DNA of 64,000 nucleotides from Octopus sinensis (lineage: Eukaryota), in the NCBI RefSeq assembly GCF_006345805.1, contig NC_042997.1, positions 91,884,001-91,948,000 of the forward strand. The letters run 5' to 3'. The translations under genes and the position numbers were made by a program. The notes under the pieces were generated by a model, which saw only the letters and a list, made by a program, of their open reading frames with translations, had not been told where the DNA came from and searched no databases. Positions 34,890 to 48,011 of the stretch are shown one piece after another (the stretch's first letter is position 1; every line of letters starts with the position of its first letter).

Positions 34890-37322
34890 GACAATGAGAC
34901 AGAGAGAAAAAGAAAGAAAAAGAGTTGTGGGATGAAAACCAAGACTCATTAAAGAGCAACTGAATTCAGGGATACTTTAATGTAAAACAGTTTCACATTA
35001 TTAATGGTTATCTCCCTTCAGCCTGATTCTCGGTCCTAGTTCCAGGGATTTAACGAGTGGTACCATGTTGTACAAGTGTTTATCACTATAATCCATTGAT
35101 ATACAGATGTCTCTTTATATTGATCTCATTCATCATTCTGTCTACTGAAAATCCAAATGCAATGGAAGAGCGGTGATGTGTGTAGACTTAACTAGCAAGT
35201 GCACGGTTATGCAGATCTGCTGCAGAACAGTCATCTGAGTGGTTGTGGGTAGAAAGCCAGTAACAAGGAAACAAAAAGAGACAGCAATTCTCTGTGAAGA
35301 TGGAGCAGTCACTATATAAATGACATCCAGTGATACAGTACATGTTAAAACCGTTTAAATCTTCTGCATTTAAATAGTTTTTGACTATTGAAATGTAGTA
35401 TTTATATTGGTTGTATACTGTCAATTTAACGTGACAGTATGGGATTACACCACCGCTGTTTAGCCCTAGGAAGCATCGACACCTCCTGATGGCTTCGACA
35501 CATTTTTTCCTGTGTCCTTATATATTTACGAAGGGGAGACAAATACCCCCAGCGGCCAGGCCTGCATCTAGAGACATGCATGTTTCAGGATCTTTGTCCA
35601 TCATCGGTCTAGTGTAGCAGAAGCCCGCCAGCTGCAGATATCTGTCCCGACTTCGTAAATATATATATCTAATTTTCAGTGAAGTTTATGTGTCGAAGCC
35701 ATCAGGAGGCGTCGATGCTTCCTAGGGCTAAACAGCGGTGGTGTAATCCCCTACTGTCACGTTAAATTGACAGTATACAACCATTCTATTGCCCCACCAC
35801 CGTACATATCTCTATGAGATATTTAGAAATTTAATATTTCAGTATTTATATTAAGGTGACAGAATAAACCATCATAAGGAGAGGAAGAGAAAAGCAAACG
35901 AAAGAGAGAAATATTTGAATGTAATTGATTTTTACTGCTACAAATCAGTTTACATATGATTAGACACAGACGTGGTTTTGTGGTAAGAAGTTCACTTCCC
36001 AATCTCAGTTCAGTCCCACTGTGTGACACCACGAGCGGCTGTCTTCTATGATGCCCTTGTCCAACCAAAGCCTTGTGAATAGTTCTAGTAGATGAAAACT
36101 GAAGAAACCCAGAAGCCCGTTATATAAATGTGTGTGTTTGTATCTCATCTTGACATTGTGTAATAGTTGTAAATGATTCTTTACTCCCTAGAACAGTACT
36201 AGTTCACCCTCTTACCTACACTGCATATATGACGGTAGTCATACAAGCAATGTCATTTATTTCCAATGTTCTGTGAGAACAAATTTGCCTATAGGAAAAT
36301 ATTACTTTGCTTGGTGACAGAAGGGGCATCCAGCTAGAGAAAAACTACCTCAATAAACTCTATCTGACCAATGGAAGGAAGCATCAGAAAGTGGACATTA
36401 AAAAGTTGATGGTGATGAATTGAGCAAGATGTCATTATCATCATACCCCCACCCCGTCATCATCTTCAATTCTTTTAAAATTTAGTTTGAAGAAGTGTTG
36501 GGTAGTGCTTACAGCCTTTGCAGGACTGTAACAAACTAATGAAGTCAAAGCAGTTGATATTACACAATTAGTACTTCTGCAAGCAGATATCTTTATAGAA
36601 AATATGGAAAAAGAATTTTCTGCCCACCGCAACAGAATTGAGATCATAAAAACCAGGTGCCCCATAAAAAGCATTAATATGGATACTGCTGCCATGTAAA
36701 AAGCATGTGTGCCAGTACCACATAAAAAGCACCCAGTACAATCTGTGGAGTGGCTGGCATTAGGAAGGGTATCCAGCTGTAGAAACCAAACCAAAACAGA
36801 CTATGGAACTTGATGTGGCCCCTGGCCTTGCCAGTTCCTGTCAAGCCATCCATCCCATGCCAGCATGGAAAACGGATGTTAAAATGTTGATGATGGTGTA
36901 GTGTGTTGCGGCATAGCTTGATAAAGTAATGCGATGCTGGTTGACTGGTGTTAAGCTACTGGAGTAACATAATGATAATTATAGTGAAGATGACAGGGGT
37001 TACAGCAATTATGGTAACAGTGATGCTGACAACAAAACAAGAAAGAATATGTCCTTACCAACTTAGCAACAGTTTGTAAGATAAGGGGATCAACGCAAAT
37101 CTTCTCTAAGGTATTCCTTAAAACCAGGTTTTGCTTCTCTAAAAGTTCGATACGAACTATATTGGACTTCAACTGGAGGGCCATGTCCTTTTCAAGATGA
37201 CCACTGTCTGTTGGATAGAAAGTAGTGAAAGTACTTTAAGGTGTCAGTAAAATATCTTGTGCTAAAACGAATAGAAACTTACTAGTGATAAAAGGATTTT
37301 CTCTAAATATGGAACTACGCTG

Positions 37323-37401
<79 letters not shown>

Positions 37402-40400
37402 TGTGTGTGTGATGAAAAAACTGTTGTCTAAATTAGGCAAAAATGAAAATAAACCTGACATCTCATCTTAACAGGTATATTTACCAAAATTACATAAAAA
37501 TATCTTGAACTACTAAAGAGTAAATTTATTTAATAAAATCACCATTGACTTTGGAATCTCCTGAAACTCTTCTGGATGGTCTCCTTAAGTGGGTGAATGC
37601 TGCCATAATTTTTGTCTCCAGTTCATCTTTGGTTGTTACAAGGAATTTTGTTAGTCTCTCATTCAACTGCACCCCACACATAATAATCAAGGGAGTTGCA
37701 ACCAGGGTAGTTAAGTGGCCGGATGTTAGGGGTGATGTGGTCGCAGAGATTGTCTGACAGCCATGACTGGATTCTCCCGCTGGTGTGGCATGGTGCAGAG
37801 TCCTGTTGCTAGACATAGGGCTTCCCAGTTGCCACCCTCTTGACCCAGGGCAACACTACCTCCTCCAGGCACTTGATGTAGGCCTGTGTTGAGTCTGAAT
37901 GTTTTCTCATGTATGCAATATCGATAAGCTGCAGAAGGGCTTAAGCAGCCCCATACCACTTATATCATTGTCTGCTCCCCTGTACCCTTTACTTATTTCC
38001 GTAATCATTTATCTTTATTTACATATCCATTGTAATGGTTTTAACCTATGCCTTCAGTTCAAATATAATCCGACCAAATGTAGAGATCGCTGGACTTAAC
38101 CAGTCCTAATGCGGACAACAGATGGGGTTCTCTGGAATATTCCTGTGAGTACACTATCTTAAGCACCCTACGGTAATGTTTTGGATACATTCTAACTTGA
38201 GTTTTATCTTTAGCATAAGTAATGCCCTGTGACAGTCATGTTAGTAGGTTTCCTTGTATTATTATTTTTTGCTAATTTCTTTTTATAACTTTTAAAAACA
38301 TCTTGGTTCCTCCTTATATTGGAATTACTCCCAAAATTTCTTTATTCCCTAGAACAGTACTAGTTCACCCTCTTACCTACAGACTTTTGTAGCCCCAGGA
38401 TGTTAGATTATATGCTTTTAATATTTTGGGCTTCCAGACTTCTTTTCTAGGTCATGTTTTCTTTCCTATTTCTTCTTCCTTTTGTTTATTTTGGATGCTT
38501 TTGTTTTACTCTGATGAAGCACCGTGCCCTGATTCAAATGTCCTATGAAGATGAGGAATTTTATTTTCGCAATTATTCGTAGACATTGATTGGCACCAGA
38601 TGCAGAAACAGCCATAAGGTTTGTTATGTCACATAAATGTTATGCCATGTTCTGTATTAAATAATAAGCTATAAATGTGGTCCAGTTGATGTGCTTGTTG
38701 ATCTGAGGTTTTCTCCATTTTCTCATCATCATCATCATCATCATCATCGTTTAACGTCCAATTTCCATGCTAGCATGGGTTGGACAGTTCAACTGGGGTC
38801 TGGGAAGCCCGAAGGCTGCACCAGGCCAGTCAGATCTGGTGGTGTTTCTACAGCTGGATGCCCTTCCTAACGCCAACCACTTCCTGATAAACTTTTGTTT
38901 ATTCTATTGTTACCTGTACTCTACAAGCATAGTGTGCCAGCATACCCATGCCTTGAGATAACACAGGTAATAGATACCGATAGTGTATACAGATATTTTA
39001 TCCCTTAGTCAGTTATTATAACCGCTGACTCTGCTTACATGTATATATATATATACACACACACACACATTTGTATGTCTGTATATTAGTGAGCAGATAC
39101 TGAAGGCAATAGATCTAAAATGATTGGGGAGGAACAAATTAAATATGAGTCAAAATTATAATGACAGTTAGCAGAATATGAACTGCAAAGGAAAAAACAG
39201 AGCTGGCTGGAGTTATAAGATATGTAATATTATATGGTTATTCAAGTCAAGAGATACTTGTTGACACAGTAAAGAAGACAAAAGAACTGCAAATAATTCT
39301 TGATATATGTAACATTAATTTGGAAAATAGATTAAGTGTTATGAAGGCAAAGGAAATGTAGAGATGCATACAAAATTTGACAAAGTACAAAAGGATTAAA
39401 CACAAGCAACACTAGCTACTTGTTCAAGACAAGCCAAAAATGAAAGTAAAATAAAAAAATATCTGATATTCTTACATAAATTATCATCCAAAACAGGGCC
39501 ATTTAAGTCAGGATATTGCACCAAAAGGACTTCTCGCTCCTGAGTCTTTTTCAGTTCTTTAGTAATTTCTTCAACTCTTGATCTGACTGCTGTGAGCAAT
39601 TTCTCATTTTCATTTTTTTCATCCATTGCATGCTGTTGTTTGCTCTACATTAACCAAAATATCTCATTATTCTTATTACAATTTATGCAAATAAACGAAA
39701 TCAAAAAAATAAGTTGATCTATGCAGAACCTCCTTTGTTTTGAAATTCATTAAGAAGGGATGGATGCAGAAAGCCATATGCAGATACCTATTTGGTTTAC
39801 ATGACCTCTTTAATAATAAAAATCATCCAAAAATGGAAAAAAAGAAATATACTACACAGTTGTTGCATGAGTACTACAATCTACTTTACATAAGTATCCA
39901 AGGGCACTAGCATGAACTAATGAATAACATCTGCATTGTGGTTAAGAAGATCTACCCTCACTGATTTGAATGAACACTTCCCTTTGTAACTTAACCTGAT
40001 AAACTGTACTGTGATAATAACCATAAAAGCTTTTAATACAATAAGAAAATTGACACTATTAACCTTTGACAGCCCTCTTTTCTGACAGTCAACTCTATTT
40101 AAATTTCACTACAAATTTATGCCCTTCACCCCCAGCTATGCGGGGGAACTATTGCTCAGGCTAAAATTAATAAAGACAAGTGTTACCTCTTCATACTTCA
40201 ACTGTTGCTGTAAATGTATTTTCTCTTTAAGTAATTCATCATATTTCTCTAGGTTTTCATCAATGTCATCCTGCAGATCTGCTAACTGGTCATGAAGAGT
40301 TAAATTTTCTTCACTTAATTGTTCAACTCGTTCCAACAGTGAATCTTGTTTCTTTTGCATCGACTGTATCAATACAGAATATTATTTCTAAAATGGTACA

Positions 40401-43400
40401 TTACCAAAGAATATCTTATTTCTAACATGAAAATTAGATGAGTTATTCCCAAATCAATTCTTATGAAGAACTAATAATTACTTTAAATCTTTAAACTATT
40501 AGACAATTTCCTGTTAATTTAATGCTCTGCTAAGAAAATATGAATCTTTTTTGTTAACCATTATATTGACAAGTAAGTTAGGTCAAAAGCTGTTGTTTTT
40601 GTTTAGCACCACATTAGTCTGATCAAGCAAACATAAGACCAAAAACATTTCAGCCACCATTCAGTCAATGGGGAATCTTTAATTTTGTGAGCTACATGAC
40701 AACCTCACTAGTGCTGATACCACAAAAAAAGCACTTAATACATTCTATAATGTGGTTGGCATTAGAAAAGCCATGCAGCTATAGAAACCCTGCCAAAGCA
40801 GACATTGTAGAATGATGCTGTCTTCCAATTTGTTGGATCCTTGCAAACTGTCCAACCTGTGGAAGATGGATGATAAAAGATGATAGCATTATTATCCAGT
40901 GTGTCTTTTCTTTATTTAAGATGGTATGGTGTGATTTTTATGACAATTTGGCTACTATTTCAAGCACCTTGATTAACAAATAAAAGCTCAAACATTGGCC
41001 CAAGGGTAGAGAGTTTTCCTTCATTGTAGTTGTCACTCTACATATACAGCCAACATTCTGCTTCTTCAACTATTACAGCCATCACTTCACAGCTCTTATG
41101 TTAGATAAATGTGAGATAAGTTGTTTAGTACCTTATCCAGTATTAAGAGCAGTTCACAAGTCTTTAACCAAAATATCAATTCAGCCTTTGAGACTTATCA
41201 AATAACTGATCGTAGAAAATATATTTCCAATAATATCAAACTAACTGGTTATATAACTATAAAACATGTAAATATTCCAAGGACTTGAAAGAAACTTGAA
41301 GGCTGATATAAGATTTGAAGAATGATGTCTATTTCTTATAGTTAAGGAAACTGCGGAATATTGAATTAAGAAGAGCCCTACCCTGATGACACTCACAATG
41401 GCAGTGACAATGACAACAAGCCTCAACATAACATTCAATTTTCCAAGATGGCACAGGGCAGATGTATCTCATGCACATAACATCATTACACATCTTACTC
41501 TTTTGTCATTTATTTTGTGAGATCTATTAGTGGAGATTTGTCCTCATTAATTTCCACATCTACTGAGAACAAATTACACCTTTTTCGCACAATGCTTATT
41601 GGCCATTCACATTATATCTGTACATGGTCATGTCTCATGCACACTTCAACTGATGTATTTAATGATTAGCTGCTCTTGTGCAGTATTTAATACAGATTAA
41701 CATTATACATCTAACAGATCATAAATACCATTTTTTTTTTTGCCATTTACATCACTCTCCCTTTTAAAGAAAAGACTACAACAGATTAGAAAATAACTTA
41801 TGAGCTGGCAGCTAGCTCAGTACATTGTTATTTCATCTTTAACACAATACAATGACATGATTTAAAGAACATTTTGAAACTGAACTACTTAAATGCTGGA
41901 TTGCAAAGCAGAAAATCTTGAGTTTAAACAATCCAACAGCCATGATGTTATAATAGAACATATCACCCCACTTCTCTTAGTCTACTTGGCTAAATACCAA
42001 TTCCATATGTTAAATGACAAAAGCTGCTAAACAAAAGCACATAGAACCTCCTCTTTGGTTGTAGTTAATTAAATGACATTCTGAACTTCAATAGACAGTC
42101 ATGACAGACCATAAGTGATAACTTATACTTTGGCTAACAAACTTCACTTCAACAGACATCATGGAAATTAAGGAGTAACATCATTATCATCAACACATCT
42201 ACCATCAAATTCATTTTTTCTATATCAGCATAGATTGAACATGAGTAAGTATTCAACAAACCTCACTATGTTTCAATATACTCTTACACTTTGCTTGTGT
42301 TAATGCTAGTTCTTTAGCTGATTCAGCAAGTTTTTCACTACATTCAGTGTTTTGTAATCTCAGTTGATTCATTTTTTCCTGAAATTCCTCTCTATCTTGA
42401 GTAGCTTCAGTCATTTTCTTCAATTCTTCAGTCAACTGAGCTTTCACCAACTCTAAAATTATAAGATATTGAAGAAATTCATAAACTTTCTAAACTTAGG
42501 AAAAGAAATACAAACCTACATAATTATGTGTACATGATCATTGCCATAATATTGAGGTGGTAAGGGTTGAAGAAGCAGTGATGGTGATGCTAGTATTTGC
42601 CATGGTGGTAGAAGTGGTATTAATATTGGTTTCCAATTTTGGCATAATTTTGGGGAAGAAGGAGTAAGTCAATTACATTGACCAATGCTCAACTGGTACT
42701 AATTTTATCAACCGTCAAGAGGATGAAAAGCAAAGACAACCTTGGTGGAACTTGAACACACAATGTAAAAATGGATGAAATGCCACTAATTCTGCCAGCT
42801 TGCCATCTTAGAAGTGGTATTAATACTAATAGCAAAATGGTGAATGAACATAGATACTCCAAACAAATATTTGGATTTGTAGACTGGTCTTACCAGCATG
42901 AACATGAAAAGGATAGATATAAAACAAGGCACGTGATACAGATGAAAAACCACTAAGTGTGTACCAGCTTTAAATAAGAATATCATTACACTAAACCAAC
43001 CAAAGAATTTACAGGTTTCTTTTCTTTAAGATTCTTTCACACTTCAGTATAAAGCAATTAAAGGTATGAAAACAGGAGAAGCCCCTGATCCATCAGGAAT
43101 CACTGCTGAGATGCTGAAAATATCTGGTAGAGTAGGTTATGGTCTAGTCACCTGTATAGTTAATCAGGTTATTCAGGAAGGTGCAATCCTCAGTGACTGG
43201 TGAAGCAACATCATACTTAGTTGCCACAAGGGAAGGGAGATGCCTTAGATAGAAGTAATTATAGAGGCATAAAATTGCTGGACCAGGTGATAAAGGTTAT
43301 GGAGAGAATTATAGCCCAATTAATTAGGAACAGAATTAGACTAGATGAAATGCAGTTTGGCTTTGTGCCAAGAAGAAGCAGTACGGATGCTATTTTCATA

Positions 43401-46400
43401 GTCAAGCAACTACAAGAGAAGTATTCGGTTAAGAAGGAGCCATTGTACTTGGCATTTGTTGATCTGGAGAAAGCCTTTGACTGGTGGTTTCTGAAGTAAC
43501 TAGGGGTAGACAGATGGCTTGTGAAAACATTACTGGCTATGTACAGAGGATTAGTTAATTAGATAAAAGTTAGCCATGAGCACAGTGATAAATTTAGTGT
43601 ACTGGTAGGTGTTCATGAAGACTCGGTCCACAGCTCCCTCCTATTTATCATTGTCCTCTGGGCCATAACATAAATTTAAGACTGGAATCTTAATAGAATC
43701 TGTAGCAGAACTAGAAAAGAAATTCTAGAAATGGAAACAAAACCTGAAATCAAAGAGCCTTAAAGTTAACTTAAGTCCTAGTAAGCAAGAAATCAGACAG
43801 GATGTTACCCACTTCAAGTAAACGAGCCTCCTCAATATGTAGAAAAGGTGTAGGCAGGAATTCAATTCAGTGTACCCAGTGCAAGCTACGGATACACTAG
43901 AGGTTCAGTGGAATAGTAGGAAGGTTGACAGAGAAAATAGTGTTTGTATGTGGAAGATGTACAAAAGCCAAAAAGTCTGGAGATATGTGGGGATGAGCCA
44001 GAAGAGGGCCAAGAAAATGGTCAAAGGACTGACTGGAAGAGGAAGCATGAGAAGGAAAATTATATGATGCATGTATATGAACAGCAATGCTATATGATAG
44101 TGAGATTTGGGCCCTGAATGCACAGGACATGCGATGTACAAGAGAGAAGACTATATGCTGGTTTGGTCATGTGATGCATGTGGATAAGAACAGTTACATA
44201 AAGAAGTGCCAATAACTTTAAGCGGATAGAACTTGTTGAAGATGGAGACCCAGAAAGATATGGGATGAAATATAGAAGGTCGATCTCAAAATGCTGAGCT
44301 TTACAAAGGAGATGACCAAGATACTTGACACCTTGCTGTACTCAAGAAGAGCTGCCCAATGCAATGGAATTGATATCCTAAAACCACCTGTATCTGTCCT
44401 TTCTATAGTATAAATCTCTCAACTGGCACAAAGCCACTCTCCTTCTATACTACCCCACCACTCTCAGTTAACGGGCTTTTGTTACGCAAGGTACTTGGTG
44501 ACCTTGTCAGTGATGGTGCCACATAAAAAGCACTGGTGATAGTGCTATTTAAAAAGCACTGGTGCTGGTGCCACATAAAAAGTCCCCAGTACACTAACTA
44601 AAGTGGTTGGTATTGGGAAGAGCATCAATTTACAGAAATCATGCCAAAACAGACAATGGAACCTGGTGCAGCTCCTATCAAACCGTCCAACCCATGGCAG
44701 CATGGAAAACAGGCATTAAATGATGATGATACCTTGCACTATTACAAAAAATAGACAGATTATATATAATTAATATTGACTTCACATTATGGATGACCCA
44801 ATTTCTGACTATAATAGGAAATATAAACAAAAGAAGTGTATATTGTCTTCTCACAACCATTTCATGGGATTGATAAAGACAAGAACCTAATCTAATGAAA
44901 GAGCCCATTCAAAATGGTATAGTTATTGTTCTCCCTAATTGCAAACAAACTTATACTCCATTTGTTTATATTTTCTGATTCATACCAGTATAAAACATCA
45001 CAAAACTGTCAACTCAACTCCAGAGATGATCCTTGAAACTCACTGAAATCTTGTGCGTTCTTTTGTTCTTTTCTCAGATTCTCACGGCATGTTTCAAGCT
45101 GATTTCCTATTGATTTGATCTGGAATTGCAGTTTCCCCTTCTCATCATAGATTTCTTTGAGTTTGGTCTGGTGTTGCTTTTGAAGGACAACATTTGTCTC
45201 CTTCTCTGAGGCCAGTTTTTTCTCAGTCGCTTTCTGATGGTTCTCCAAAGATCTAGAATAATGAGAAAATGGATATGGAGCCAACAATTTTGTTGTTCTT
45301 TATCCCCAAGTTAGTACTCATCAAAATCTTTACAAACTTACCATTCCATCTTTTTCTAAACTACATAGCCAATTGTGTCCTTTTTTTTAAAGGACAGTTT
45401 GGTGTTATTTTAGGGAAATTTGGCTATTATTTCCAGCAGGTTGAGCAACCATACAAAAGCTCTCTCTCTCTCTTTTCTCTCACACACACAATGTAATAAA
45501 AAAGACAAAGTATTGAGACGTTACAAACTTGTGATATGGCTGCCATGTATTTGTAGCATACATACTACAGCATGTGACATAATCCTAATAATAACATTGG
45601 TCAATTGCTCTATAGGCCTTTTTAAACAGATGTTACACTTTGTAGGGTAAAATCAGAATATACAGATATTACAAGTAAGAAGCAACAACCAGCTCAACAA
45701 AATGAAAGAACAATGTAATGTAATATAGAAATTTAGAGTGGTATGTAGTAAAGCAATGTAGCGTAGCTATTGTTTAACTTCTAGGCCAATTTCGATAGAG
45801 GCAGAGCTATCATCAAAAGCATTCCAACTGTGAATATCTTGCCTTTTGGAGTTTACCTAGGACAACATTATCTAATGTATTTTTCTCTTTTTTTAAGACT
45901 ATAGAGTATGATTTGACAGATATTTCTACAAGGTTAAGTGACTATACAGACACTTGCTAATGCTGTAATATAGTGTGGTGTAATAATTGTGATTGCTATG
46001 TAGTTCTGATGCCTAGTTTGCTAGTTTTAAATAACTAAGTGCAATTCGCAGTATACTATGCTGCTGCCTGTTTGTAGACCGTTGGAAATTCATCAGATTA
46101 CACAGAGACTAATAAAGGTAAAAAACTGAAAATTGGAGAAGAGGTCTGTGTTGTTTTCTTTTTTATTTTTGTATGCATAATTTATTTGATAATTTATGTT
46201 TGTCTATTTAGTATTTATATGGTTAAGAAAATGTATGAATTAAACTGAAAGATCTAGTTGATTGTTTTTTAAATAAATTCATCTTAAATAAAATAAGTCA
46301 GTTGACGGAGATTTTAAAAATACTTGCAATGATTTTTAACAAATGAATGAAATGATATTGAAGAAGTACAGAGAACAGGAACACGTAATTTACAGCATTA

Positions 46401-47974
46401 GTTTATAACTTCTGTTCCAAAATCATCTAAGCTTGACTTCACTTTTTGTCTTTTAGCAATTAGTAATGTATTAATTGGCTGAAAAATATTCTTTCAATTA
46501 AAAAAATAATATACATGTACTATGCTACTATATTTTAAGTAAACAATACCAAAATATTTAATGGACATGTAAGGTAATACAAAATTTTGAAACTGAAAAA
46601 AAAAGCAATAGGTAAAAATATCAATAAAAATAATTAATATAGCTTCCATTACCTAGGTGACCAAGTCAGTAGTGGGGTAGGGTGCACTGAAAGTGTAGCT
46701 GCTAGAATAAGAATAGTCTGGGCAAAGTTCAGAGAGCTCTTACCTCTGCTGGTGACAAAGGGCCTCTCTTTCAGAGTAAAAGGTAGATTGTATGACGCAT
46801 ATGTACAAACAGCCATGTTACATGGCAGTGAAACATGGGCCGTGGCTGCTGAGGACATGTGTAAGCTCGCAAGGAATGAAGCCAGTATGATCTGATGGAT
46901 GTGTAATGTCAGTGTGCACACTCGACAGAATTTAAGTACCTTGAGAGAAAAGTTGGACCTAAGAAGCATCAGATGTGGTGTGCAAGAGAGACGACTGCAC
47001 TGATATGGTCATGTGGCGAGAATGGATGAGGATAGCTGTGTGAAAAAGTGCCACACCCTAGTGGTTGAGGGAACCTGTGGAAGAGGTAGACCCAGGAAGA
47101 CCTGGGATGAAGTGGTGAAGCACAACCTTCGAACATTAGGCCTCACCAACGCAATGACTAGTGACCGAGACTTTTGGAAATATGCTGTGCTTGAGAAGAC
47201 CCGGCAAGCCAAATGAGACCATAACCTCATGGCCTATACAAGAAGTGTAACCAGCCCACTTATGTGTACCTTTCCTTCATTGGACACTAAACTCTGCTTG
47301 TGAAGACCTGTTGAGGCAAGTGAAATCAAAATCAAATTCGATGACTGGCATCTGTGCTAGTGGAGCGCTAACCGAGCGTGATCGTTGCCAGAGTGGCTAA
47401 CTGGCTTCTGTGTCGGTGGAACGTAAAAAGCACCATTCAAATGTGATCGTTACCAGCATTGTACATTTTAAGCACAAAGCACTCAAATCACCAAAACCAC
47501 ATTATATTACCAGTGTTGCCTTACTGGCACTTATGCCGGTGGTACATAAAAAATACCATTTGAGTGTGGCTGTTGCCAGTACTGCCTGATTGGCCCTCAT
47601 GCCGGTGGCATGTAAAAGCATCCACTACACTCTCGGAGTGGTTGTCACTAGGAAGGGCATCCAGCTGTAGAAACTTTGCCAGATCAAGATTGGAGTTTGG
47701 TGCAGCCATCTGGTTTGCCAGTCCTCAGTCAAATCGTCCAACCCATGCTAGCATGGAAAGCGGACATTAAACAATGATGATGATGATGACATCCTTGTAT
47801 GCAGTATTTTTTTTTTGTGTGTGTATGGGATTCAATGGAACATTTTCCTCAGTTTCTATATGCTTGTAATATCTGGTGGTGGCAACTGAGGAGGCAAGCA
47901 AGATGAACTGAGCCAGAGTAAAACAGTGGCTCTTCCTCAGTAATTTAAGAACTGATGAGATTAGTGATGCTGAC

Positions 47975-48011
<37 letters not shown>

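Noticed and set aside
34975-35025. Another hammerhead-like match on the minus strand (CTGAAGG...GAAAC)
   Set aside because: Core A9 is missing and the stems do not pair convincingly.
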